Below, piece by piece: positions 27,648 through 35,674 of a stretch of 64,000 nucleotides of DNA. The stretch spans positions 1-64,000 of IMG/VR virus record IMGVR_UViG_3300033070_000552; one strand, written 5' to 3'. A program made the position numbers and the translations under genes. The DNA comes from a virus. Taxonomy: Duplodnaviria > Caudoviricetes. Position 1 is the stretch's first letter; every line of letters begins with the position of its first letter. A model generated the notes under the pieces. It ran no database searches, was not told where the DNA came from, and worked only from the letters and a program-made list of their open reading frames with translations.

Positions 27648-28699
27648 ACAAACCCCATCGGTCTGAGCACGGTCTCGCACGTCTCGGCGGCGAACCCGTA
27701 GGTGCCCCGAAGCACGCGGGTGGCGTTCGCGAACGAGATCCGACGCTGGCAGTTGGCGATAGTGCCGACGATCGTTCGAGCGGCGGCGCTGGCGGCGGTT
27801 CCGCCCGACCACGCGGCGAGATCCATCTGCGAACGGCAAATTCGCGAGAGCGTGAACGAGAGGTTCGCGGCCTCGACGTTATTGGCAAGAGCCACGTCGA
27901 CCGCGTAGGGCTTGGGCTTGGTGATCCGATCGCGGGCGTAGTCGATCGCGGCCATAAGCGAGCCGTGGGCCCCGATATAGGCCGACGCGGTTTTCTCGCC
28001 GAACTTGGGGACGCCGGGGATATTGTCGCCGGTGGCGGGCTCGCCCACCAACGCTTTCCAGTCGACGTACCGATCGGGCGTGAACGGGAATTGAGAGGCG
28101 AACTCCTCGGGGCCGACGAGCTTCTTAGAGACACCTCGCCACACCGAGACGTTGGGGCCGACGAGTTGATAGAAGTCCTTGTCGTCGGAGACGATGATCG
28201 TTCGCGATGTCATGTTCGCGAGGGCCGTGCCGATCAGATCGTCGGCCTCGAACTGGTTGTGATAGACCTCGGGGAGCCCCAGGTGTTTCACGCCCTTGAT
28301 CGCGACCTCCATCGCGGCCTTGGTGCGCAGGGCCTCGGCGATCTCGTCGTCGGTCTTGGCGGCGTCCTGCCTGAGCTTGTACCCGGGGTGGACCTTCCGC
28401 TTGTTCTCGACGCCGCCGTCCCAAAAGAGCACGAATCGGTTGGTCCGAAAGATCGAGCAGCACGTCGCGACGATCTCAAGGAACCCGTGCAGGCCCCGCG
28501 TGTCCTCGCCGGTGGGGGAGGTAAGGCCGTCGCGGGTGTGGATCGCCCGGTAGACCGCATGGCGGGCGTCGAAGAACAGGGTCGTCTCGTTGACCGGCCA
28601 CTCGGCGGTCTTGAGCTTGATCTCGCGGAAAGGGTCCTCGGCCTCGGGGAGGTGAACCTCGCCGAAGTCAACCTGGCGGGACGATGCGGTCTGGGTCAT
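27644..28699 (-). CDS. 5'-3' exonuclease / flap endonuclease (Pol I N-terminal, T5-like)
   Basis: LFFDAR, LFWDGG, PGYK, FEADDLIG, IVSDDKDFYQL, ALVGEPATGDNIPGVPKFGEKTA. Confidence 0.92.
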   Translation of the reverse strand: MTQTASSRQVDFGEVHLPEAEDPFREIKLKTAEWPVNETTLFFDARHAVYRAIHTRDGLTSPTGEDTRGLHGFLEIVATCCSIFRTNRFVLFWDGGVENKRKVHPGYKLRQDAAKTDDEIAEALRTKAAMEVAIKGVKHLGLPEVYHNQFEADDLIGTALANMTSRTIIVSDDKDFYQLVGPNVSVWRGVSKKLVGPEEFASQFPFTPDRYVDWKALVGEPATGDNIPGVPKFGEKTASAYIGAHGSLMAAIDYARDRITKPKPYAVDVALANNVEAANLSFTLSRICRSQMDLAAWSGGTAASAAARTIVGTIANCQRRISFANATRVLRGTYGFAAETCETVLRPMGFV

Positions 28700-28787
28700 G
28701 GGCTGGCCTCGCTGGATATTTCATGGTGAAATAAAGGGGATGGTTTCGGGCTCCGGTCGATATCGCAGGGGTGTCGGGGTGGACTTG

Positions 28788-29135
28788 AATGGAAGGCGGG
28801 CGGTGACGACCCGCCGTGGGTTGGTGCTCCTTCGATCCGGCATCCGGGAATCGAACCCTTCTTCCATCACGATATCTACGCGCCACACGGGTGGTAATTT
28901 CGATTCGGCCACCCGCCTTCAATGGTCCCCGATCACCCGTCGATGATCGAGCCCCAACAGTCCTCCGCGTCGGCGAACCGGCGCTACGTCTTGTTCCTGT
29001 CCCCGAAACTACGACCTCGGTTATCTATCACGGGCTCGCCTGATTGCTCGGTGAGCTTGCGCGACACTTGACGAGATCCAGACGTTTCACCCTCGGGGTT
29101 GGCGGGGTGGGGGCTTTGCGGACCCCTCTGGACTG
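28788..29135 (-). ncRNA. putative structured non-coding RNA(s) downstream of the tRNAs
   Basis: No credible ORF; closing helix CAGTCC(29135-29130)/GGACTG(28963-28958); GCAA and UUCG tetraloop hairpins; second domain closed by GAAGGCGGG/CCCGCCTTC; begins 4 nt after a GGGAACGTCT motif. Confidence 0.55.
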
Positions 29136-29164
29136 CGATAGACGTTCCCGCGAGCGGCGATCCC

Positions 29165-29200
29165 AAAAATGAAAGAATGCCCGGGGGAGGCCCTGGGCAT
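29165..29200 (-). terminator. intrinsic terminator after the tRNA pair
   Basis: ATGCCCAGGG-CCTC-CCCCGGGCAT hairpin followed by TCTTTCATTTTT. Confidence 0.7.
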
Positions 29201-29243
29201 TAAAGATCGGCTTTGAATCCGCCGACAGGAGTTGGTGCTGTAA

Positions 29244-29315
29244 TTGCGGGGCTTGGATTCGAACCAAGGACCATCGGATTATGAGACCGATATTCTGCCG
29301 CTGAACTACCCCGCA
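29244..29315 (-). tRNA. tRNA-Met (CAT), initiator-like body
   Basis: TGCGGGG acceptor stem, anticodon loop CTCATAA, T arm CTTGG-TTCGAAT-CCAAG, A discriminator; CCA not encoded. Confidence 0.88.
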
Positions 29316-29316
29316 A

Positions 29317-29390
29317 TGCGAAGGGGAGGACTCGAACTTCCGGCCTTCGGGCTTTTACACCCGACGCTCTACCAACTGAGCTACCTTCGC
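29317..29390 (-). tRNA. tRNA with atypical 8-nt anticodon loop (identity undetermined)
   Basis: GCGAAGG/CCTTCGC acceptor, GCTC-AGTTGGTA-GAGC D arm, TCGGG-TGTAAAAG-CCCGA anticodon arm, GGAAG-TTCGAGT-CCTCC T arm. Confidence 0.8.
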
Positions 29391-29472
29391 ACAAAGACCC
29401 GGATCGACAATGTGGTTTTCGAGACTTCAATAACCGTGTAGTCCCGCGAGGCATTCGATCCGAGACGCCAGA

Positions 29473-29500
29473 ATAATACCCGGGAATTCGGGCGAGTCTA
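29473..29500 (-). promoter_or_regulatory. sigma70-like promoter for the tRNA pair
   Basis: TAGACT-N16-TATTAT about 80 nt upstream of the first tRNA. Confidence 0.5.
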
Positions 29501-29511
29501 GTTTGGCTGAA

Positions 29512-31272
29512 TCACTTCGACCTCAGGAACGCCCGCACCGCCCCAAGATCCACCGGGGCCGAGTCGAGTTCGTCGACCGAATCCTCCCCGTAAACCTGAT
29601 CGGAGAGGTCCCGTTTCTTTTGCACGAGCCCCAAGAAATACCGATCGATCGGCGCGTACGCGAACCCCTCGGCGACGTACGAGATTACCAGCACCGACTT
29701 GGCCTTCTGGCCGATGCGGGCAACGCGACCCACCCGCTGCCTGAGCTTGGCGTGGTTCCACGGAAGGTCGAGGTTCACGACGACCGATGCGTCCTGGAGG
29801 TTGAGCCCACGAGCCATCGCCTCGGTGCCAATGAGGATTCGGCCAAGCCCGCCCGGGGAGCAGAACCTTCGACGGATGTCGTCCCGCTGGGCCATCGACA
29901 CGCCGCCGTGGATCATGTACGGCCGGAACTTCGAGAGGCGGATCGCCGCGAACACCGCACACTGGCGGTACTTGGTGAAGATCAAGACCCGCTGGCTCGA
30001 TATCTCGCCGTCGAGCAGCTCGATCAGATCGTCGAGTTTGGCCGACTCGGACTTAGGGTTGGTGAGATCGGCGGCAAGGGCCGCTCGCTCGACGGCGGCG
30101 AGCCGGGCGAGCCCGACGGCCCCGGTCTCGTCGTTGGTAACGAACCCGTCGGCGGAAGCCTTGTAGGCGATCCGCTGGGCCTTGCCCGCCGTGACGCTAC
30201 GAACCTCGGAGACGACCCGGGGTATCTCCGACCCTACGTCCTCGTGCCGACGCCCAAACCAGCTCCCGGCCAATCGTAGTCGAAGCTCGGGCATGTTCCG
30301 CGTACCTATCTCGGTTCCGAACTTGGGGTGGAGGTCGAGGTACCGGGTGGAGAAGCAGTCGAATGACCCTAGCACCGGCTCGTCGACGACCGACATCTGA
30401 CCGAAGGTATCCGAGAGCTTGTTCTCGATGGGGGTGGCGTTGGTGGCGATCACGAACGAGAGCCCGCGACAAAGAGCCCGAGCCCGGCGGGTGGTCATCG
30501 ATTCGTGGTTGGCGAACGCCGACGACTCGTCAAGGATCGCGCCGACGGAGCGGGCGAACAGTGCCTCGATCGGCTTGGCGTATTGGGGAAGTCTGAGCAT
30601 CTGATGGTGGATCACGTAGACCGTCGCGCCGGGCCTGAGGCGATAGAGGCGTTTATCCTTGTCGCCCGAGACGGCGGAAACTAATCCCGGAGCATCGAGG
30701 GCGAGCACGAAGCGTCGAAGCTCGTCGTACCACTGGCCGACGACCGACGGCGACGACGAAACGATAATCGGCTTGGAGGCCGAGCACAACCCCTCCTCGA
30801 TCATGCGGGCGATGATTCCGCAGGCTTGAGGCGTCTTGCCCAGACCCACGTCGTCCTTGAGAATCTGCCCGCGAGAGGTGCGGTTGGGGTCGATCACCCG
30901 AGACCAAAGCCGATCCATCCCCGCGAGCTGGTACTGACGTGGCTTGTACTCGGGCGAGAGCAGGGACGCCCACGGATAGTCGGTGGTCCGCTTGGTGATC
31001 GCGAGCTTGTCGGCGGTGAGCTTGGCCTCGGTAAGCCATCGACGAACGCGGGCCTTGGTTCGATCGTCGGCGAATCCCGCAAAGCCGGGGAACTGCATGA
31101 GGATCGGCACGGCGGTGATCGAGAACGCCGCGTCCTCTCCGGGCACGCACCACGCGTCGGTCCACGGGAGGTACGTCTCGTTGATCGCGTTTTGGGTATC
31201 GGGGGCGGAGTCTTTGAGCACGACCATATTGAGCCGTCGGGCGCGGGGGTCGGCGGGGAGGGCGATCTTCAC
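29512..31272 (-). CDS. SNF2/SWI2-family helicase
   Basis: YQLAG, LKDDVGLGKT, ILDESS, NATPIENKL, LIFTKY, GLNLQDAS, DLPWN...QRVGRVARIGQ. Confidence 0.92.
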   Translation of the reverse strand: MKIALPADPRARRLNMVVLKDSAPDTQNAINETYLPWTDAWCVPGEDAAFSITAVPILMQFPGFAGFADDRTKARVRRWLTEAKLTADKLAITKRTTDYPWASLLSPEYKPRQYQLAGMDRLWSRVIDPNRTSRGQILKDDVGLGKTPQACGIIARMIEEGLCSASKPIIVSSSPSVVGQWYDELRRFVLALDAPGLVSAVSGDKDKRLYRLRPGATVYVIHHQMLRLPQYAKPIEALFARSVGAILDESSAFANHESMTTRRARALCRGLSFVIATNATPIENKLSDTFGQMSVVDEPVLGSFDCFSTRYLDLHPKFGTEIGTRNMPELRLRLAGSWFGRRHEDVGSEIPRVVSEVRSVTAGKAQRIAYKASADGFVTNDETGAVGLARLAAVERAALAADLTNPKSESAKLDDLIELLDGEISSQRVLIFTKYRQCAVFAAIRLSKFRPYMIHGGVSMAQRDDIRRRFCSPGGLGRILIGTEAMARGLNLQDASVVVNLDLPWNHAKLRQRVGRVARIGQKAKSVLVISYVAEGFAYAPIDRYFLGLVQKKRDLSDQVYGEDSVDELDSAPVDLGAVRAFLRSK

Positions 31273-31463
31273 CCGATCCTGTCCGTATGGATCTGCCCGA
31301 CCTTGGCGATCTGCACGTCGGTCATCCGAAAGTCGGGGCCCATCGCCTCTAGCTTGCGGGCGAGCCCGTCGACGAACTTCACCTCCCAGTCGGTGAGCCC
31401 GTCCTCAAGGTCAATCAGTTCCTTGAGCATCTCGATCGCGGATTGGAGTTTGGGATCGGGCAT
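31269..31463 (-). CDS. hypothetical protein
   Basis: 64 aa (LTDWEVKFVDGL...MTDVQIAKV); directly follows a GATATC-N5-GATATC site. Confidence 0.6.
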   Translation of the reverse strand: MPDPKLQSAIEMLKELIDLEDGLTDWEVKFVDGLARKLEAMGPDFRMTDVQIAKVGQIHTDRIG

Positions 31464-31501
31464 GGGTGATATCCCTGCGATATCGGGGTGGGGGGTGGGG
31501 G

Positions 31502-31984
31502 TCACTCGATCGGAATCCGGCACGCCTTCTCGATCTCGGGCGGCAGAAGATAGTACCGGCACGGGAGGTTGTTGCGGTGGGCGTACACGAGCCGGTGGTT
31601 GCCGTCGATAATGATCCGGCTGCCGACCGACTCGGGGGCGGCACCGATGTCGGGCGGGATGTCGATCGCGTAGAGCGGGCGTGCGAGGTGGGCCGCGTCC
31701 ATGCACCGGGCGTACCCCTGGTCGACGTACCCGATCGTGACGGGGTTGGCGGCGACGTAGTGGCGAACGTCGGCGAGCGGCATGGGGTGAACGAGTTTGT
31801 TGAGCACCGACTCGGGGAGCTTGGCGAGGGCCTCACGGATCATGTCGATCGACCACCGAATATGGCCGCCGCCGGGGAGGCCAAAGTCGTAGACCTGGCC
31901 CGAGGTCTTGGCGATCACGCCCGCCTCGATAAGCGAGTTGGTGACGTGGTCGAGGTGGTCGAAGTTGGAGGGTCCCTGGGTCAT
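31502..31984 (-). CDS. ParB/Srx-fold protein (divergent)
   Basis: RPLYAI...IIIDGNHRLVYA motif; ATG 3 nt after GGGAACGTCT. Confidence 0.55.
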   Translation of the reverse strand: MTQGPSNFDHLDHVTNSLIEAGVIAKTSGQVYDFGLPGGGHIRWSIDMIREALAKLPESVLNKLVHPMPLADVRHYVAANPVTIGYVDQGYARCMDAAHLARPLYAIDIPPDIGAAPESVGSRIIIDGNHRLVYAHRNNLPCRYYLLPPEIEKACRIPIE

Positions 31985-31999
31985 GCGAGACGTTCCCGC

Positions 32000-32239
32000 C
32001 TACGCCCTGTGCCGCATGCGGTTCGGCTCGATCGCGGGAGCGGGCTCGCTTTCGGTAGCCCACACCTCGACGGTCGATGCCCGGTTGCCGCAGGCGATAC
32101 ACGAGCGGCGTCGACGGATCGTCCGCCCCGACTTTGAGGGTCTGGAGTTGACGACGGTCGTGATCCCGCCGCACTGTGGACATGGCATCGATTGCGGGTT
32201 CTTCCGCATCCTGGGGGTTGTGATAATGGTGTCGCTCAT
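32000..32239 (-). CDS. NrdR-like zinc-ribbon protein (no ATP-cone)
   Basis: CPQCGGITTVVNSRP...IRRRRSCIACGNRASTVE matches the NrdR N-terminal ribbon. Confidence 0.75.
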   Translation of the reverse strand: MSDTIITTPRMRKNPQSMPCPQCGGITTVVNSRPSKSGRTIRRRRSCIACGNRASTVEVWATESEPAPAIEPNRMRHRA

Positions 32240-32796
32240 GATGTCATTGCGTCGAGGTAAACGTGCAGCGCGTCGCGGATCATCTCGTCCCGCCCGTCCA
32301 AGAGGGCGGCGATCCCGACCTTGGCAAGCTCGCTGAACCTCGCGCCCTGGAGCTTGCCGTCGGATGTCATTACCCGGGCGGCCGAGACCGCACCAGACGG
32401 ATCGACGACCGAGTTAATCGCGGTGCGGAGAAACCCCTCCATGAACAACCGGAGCCGCAGCGCCCGATAGTCCGCGAGAAGCTCGTCGGGAGGGTTGATC
32501 GAAACGATCGACTCAAGCTCGTCCCGAAGTGATGTCATGTGCGCGGTCACGAGGTTCTCGGTTGGGTCGAGAACGACCGCCCCGCCCGATACCTTCCCGA
32601 GCGACGACGACGGCCGCTTGCCGTCGAGGTACGTCATCATCCTGCCCACGATCGGGACCATGAGCCGTCCCGACGACTTAAGCGTGTACGCCCGCTCGTA
32701 CGCCGGGTGCTTGACCCGTGGTCCGGGTCCGCAGTCGGTGGCGGTCTTAAGCGGGAGGGGGAATACCGGGGGATGATTTGCGGTGCTTGGAATCAT
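32236..32796 (-). CDS. hypothetical protein
   Basis: 186 aa; ATG 3 nt after GGGAACGTCT. Confidence 0.6.
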   Translation of the reverse strand: MIPSTANHPPVFPLPLKTATDCGPGPRVKHPAYERAYTLKSSGRLMVPIVGRMMTYLDGKRPSSSLGKVSGGAVVLDPTENLVTAHMTSLRDELESIVSINPPDELLADYRALRLRLFMEGFLRTAINSVVDPSGAVSAARVMTSDGKLQGARFSELAKVGIAALLDGRDEMIRDALHVYLDAMTS

Positions 32797-33118
32797 GCGA
32801 GACGTTCCCGGGAGGGAGTTCCTTGCGTGGTCGCGGATCGGGGATCTGCTCGTCGGGCCCGAGGAGGATATTCCGGGTGAGGTAGAACGGAGTCGAGATC
32901 AGGGCCTTGACCACAACGACCGCCTCGGACCCAAACCTCCGCTCGATCGCTTGATATGTCGACTCGCGGGTCTTGGGCCTGATGAACTCGTCCGAGAACC
33001 GGCAGGCGTCGAAGCCGAGGGTGGAGGAGAGGTACTTCCGCACGTCGATCTTGAAAGCGTCCTGAAACCGAGCCGCGAGGCTCTGGTGGTGGAATGGGCA
33101 TCGGGCGATGTTGGTCAT
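32747..33118 (-). CDS. hypothetical protein
   Basis: 123-aa ORF within a run of coupled small genes. Confidence 0.5.
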   Translation of the reverse strand: MTNIARCPFHHQSLAARFQDAFKIDVRKYLSSTLGFDACRFSDEFIRPKTRESTYQAIERRFGSEAVVVVKALISTPFYLTRNILLGPDEQIPDPRPRKELPPGNVSHDSKHRKSSPGIPPPA

Positions 33119-33121
33119 GGG

Positions 33122-33406
33122 TCACCACCTCGCCCATGAACGGAAGGTGTCGGCCATCCGTTGCATCCACCGGATCTCGGCCTGGGGCGAGAGAACCTTC
33201 GAGGCCCCAAGGCTCGTCGCGATGTAGGCCCGCCGATCGGGTCGACCACCGCAGTCCTGAACGAGCCCGAGTTTCTCCGCTCGATAGAGCGTGTCGCGGA
33301 ACCGCTTGCCGACCGTCCATCGATACTCGTTGATCTCGATGTACCCCTTCTGGAGAAGGATGCGGACCACGTCCTCGACGGCGAGTTCTTTCCGCTTGGT
33401 GTTCAT
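33122..33406 (-). CDS. hypothetical protein (winged-helix-like)
   Basis: LYRAEKLGLV...AYIATSLG pattern; TTGGAG SD; coupled to the upstream ORF. Confidence 0.45.
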   Translation of the reverse strand: MNTKRKELAVEDVVRILLQKGYIEINEYRWTVGKRFRDTLYRAEKLGLVQDCGGRPDRRAYIATSLGASKVLSPQAEIRWMQRMADTFRSWARW

Positions 33407-33681
33407 ACTCCAAGCTCCTTCCGTTTGGCGTCCCACGCCTCGTCGGTCGGTACGTCGATGAACCCCATCGAGGCGAACACACGAAGCTGAATATCGCGAG
33501 CCCCTCGACACAACCGCTTGCCCTCGGGCCATCCCGATGAGTGGCACATCTGCGAGGCATCGGAGAGAATCCGCTTGGTGACCGACGCGGCGACATCCTG
33601 GCACCCGCCGTCGGCGAACGGGCACGTCTTGCACTTGGTTGGCATGACTGGGGTCTTGGATATGTCGTACCGCTTGGACAT
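33403..33681 (-). CDS. Cys-rich hypothetical protein
   Basis: CKTCPF...MCH...LCRG; ATG 4 nt after GGGAACGTCT. Confidence 0.6.
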   Translation of the reverse strand: MSKRYDISKTPVMPTKCKTCPFADGGCQDVAASVTKRILSDASQMCHSSGWPEGKRLCRGARDIQLRVFASMGFIDVPTDEAWDAKRKELGV

Positions 33682-33726
33682 CGACAGACGTTCCCGTGAT
33701 CGGACCTCCGATATTTCATGGTGAAA

Positions 33727-34788
33727 TTAGGCCGACCGATCGCTCTGGAGCGAAAGCGGTAGCGACGCCTTGTGGATCTCGCACCACTTGACGATCTTCG
33801 CCGTCTGGGGCTTGGAGAGGTGCGAGCCGAACACGCAAAAGACCATCGCCACCTCGTCGGTGGTGTGTGCGAGCTTCACCCACCCGGCGGTTTCGAGATA
33901 TCGCTCGGGGTCCTTGCCCGCCGCCCTTGATCGAAGATCGTCCGACCCCTCGACCAGCTTGAACGCGAGCCAGCCGTGCCCCATGTAAATGCACGGATAG
34001 AACCGCCCGTCGGGCGAGAGCCACCCGGCCTTGGGCTTCATCGACGGATCGGGTTCCGGGATCGGCCACTTGTCCATCGCGATCTGGAGGGCGATCGCGC
34101 CGTCGACGTTGCCCCTGAGTTCCCGCATCGCGTAGAAGGGGGTGTTGTCGGGGGTGAGTTCGGCGGCCTTGGGTTGGGCTCGCTCTAATCGCCGCCCCTC
34201 GCGGTCGGCCTGCCGGGCCTCGTGCCTGTCCTTCATCGCGTCGCGAATCTTCGGGCCCCACGTATTCCAGAACACCGACCACTCCTCCTTGGTCGGGCGA
34301 GGCATCATGCGGGCGAGCATGAGCGTCACAATCTCATGCCCGACGTACCCGACCGGCGAGGCATGGGTCACGAGCCCCTCGGCTATAGCCGCACTCCCGT
34401 TGATCGGGGCGCACGGCAAGCCCTGCGCACAGTGCGCGAGAGGCCCGAGCGACTTGATCACCTCGAAGTGCTTGGAGAACTTCTCATACTCCGCGAGCCG
34501 GTCGAGCATGAACCGCATCGACGGGGCCGGGTAGTTGACCCCCTTGCCGTACCGGGCGATCGGGTCCCACGAGTCGCCCGCGATTTGCACAAGCCCTTTA
34601 GGGATCGATCGGAGAGTCAGCGATCCGCCGATGATCGCGAACACCGAGTCGTCGTCGATCCCCGGCAGACCCTCCGAGAGCAATCGGTACGACTGAACGT
34701 ACTTGCCATCGACCCAGAGCGAGCGGGCGATGTCGACAAGACCGGTGGCGTCGATACCCATTGAGAGCGATTCGGTGTGCGTTGTCAT
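33727..34788 (-). CDS. hypothetical phage protein
   Basis: 353 aa, C-terminal GWLSPDGRFYPC...GH...GWVKL; ATG 3 nt after GGGAACGTCT. Confidence 0.65.
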   Translation of the reverse strand: MTTHTESLSMGIDATGLVDIARSLWVDGKYVQSYRLLSEGLPGIDDDSVFAIIGGSLTLRSIPKGLVQIAGDSWDPIARYGKGVNYPAPSMRFMLDRLAEYEKFSKHFEVIKSLGPLAHCAQGLPCAPINGSAAIAEGLVTHASPVGYVGHEIVTLMLARMMPRPTKEEWSVFWNTWGPKIRDAMKDRHEARQADREGRRLERAQPKAAELTPDNTPFYAMRELRGNVDGAIALQIAMDKWPIPEPDPSMKPKAGWLSPDGRFYPCIYMGHGWLAFKLVEGSDDLRSRAAGKDPERYLETAGWVKLAHTTDEVAMVFCVFGSHLSKPQTAKIVKWCEIHKASLPLSLQSDRSA

Positions 34789-35011
34789 ACGAGACGTTCC
34801 CGATCGCGAGGCTCCACCGATATTTCATGGTGAAATATCCGACCCCGACTTCCCCTCTCTCAATACCCATATCCCGCGCGGCGTGCGCCTTAAGATTCCC
34901 GCGAAACCGATTCTCAAATCGCCGATTCGGGAAATCTGGTGAAAATAGATCAGATTTTTGAAGATTCTTGGGGTTTATTTCGCCATGAAATAAAACGACC
35001 CCCTGTTCGGG

Positions 35012-35665
35012 CTAGACCAGACCCCGCTCGATCAGCGATCGAATCTTGCCCTCCAGCCCGTTGCTCATGAACGTGTGGATCGCCGTCGCGGTCGGGTGGC
35101 CCGAAAGATCGGCCGCCTGAAACTGCGCCACCGAATAGGGATGGAAGGCGTTCCACGGCAGCTTGACGACGTGCCCCTGGTGCTTGGCGAACGTCCTCGC
35201 GAAGAACCCCACGCCCGACTGATCGACCCTCCCCCCGAGCCCCTCCTCGCGAAGGTACGACTCGGGGAGATCGCCCACGAGGTCCCACGCGAACGGGCTC
35301 GACCTGCAGACCCCGTATATCCCGTTGTTGATCGTGCCCCTGTGGTTCTCCCTTGCCACAAAGTCGCGCGAGAGATCGACAAGTTCCTCAAGTGGGCGAA
35401 GCCAGATCAGATCGAAGTCGGCGTACACCCCGCCGTACCTCGCCATGATCTCGTACCGCACGATGTCCGACTTGAACGAGAGCCCCTTGACCGAAAGGTA
35501 CTCCTTGCGGTTGTAGAGGCCCATCGCGTCGATCTCGCGGTCGGTCCAGAGCCTGACCTCCCACCCCGGGTTGACGCGGAGCATCCGGGCACGAAGGTGC
35601 ATAGCCCAATCGGGAATCGGTGAGCCGATCCAGACCTGATGAAAGACGCGGGGGATGTTCGTCAT
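35012..35665 (-). CDS. GT32-like glycosyltransferase (DXD sugar-binding region)
   Basis: IPRVFHQVWIG, KSDIVRYEIMARYGGVYADFD. Confidence 0.9.
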   Translation of the reverse strand: MTNIPRVFHQVWIGSPIPDWAMHLRARMLRVNPGWEVRLWTDREIDAMGLYNRKEYLSVKGLSFKSDIVRYEIMARYGGVYADFDLIWLRPLEELVDLSRDFVARENHRGTINNGIYGVCRSSPFAWDLVGDLPESYLREEGLGGRVDQSGVGFFARTFAKHQGHVVKLPWNAFHPYSVAQFQAADLSGHPTATAIHTFMSNGLEGKIRSLIERGLV

Positions 35666-35674
35666 GTGGAAACC

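Noticed and set aside
28788-28960. tmRNA candidate (GGGGCTCGATCATCGACGGG ... GGGTTCGATTCCC ... ACCA)
   Set aside because: The ends are only ~135 nt apart, the acceptor strands do not pair next to the T arm, and there is no room for a tag reading frame. It is not in permuted order either.
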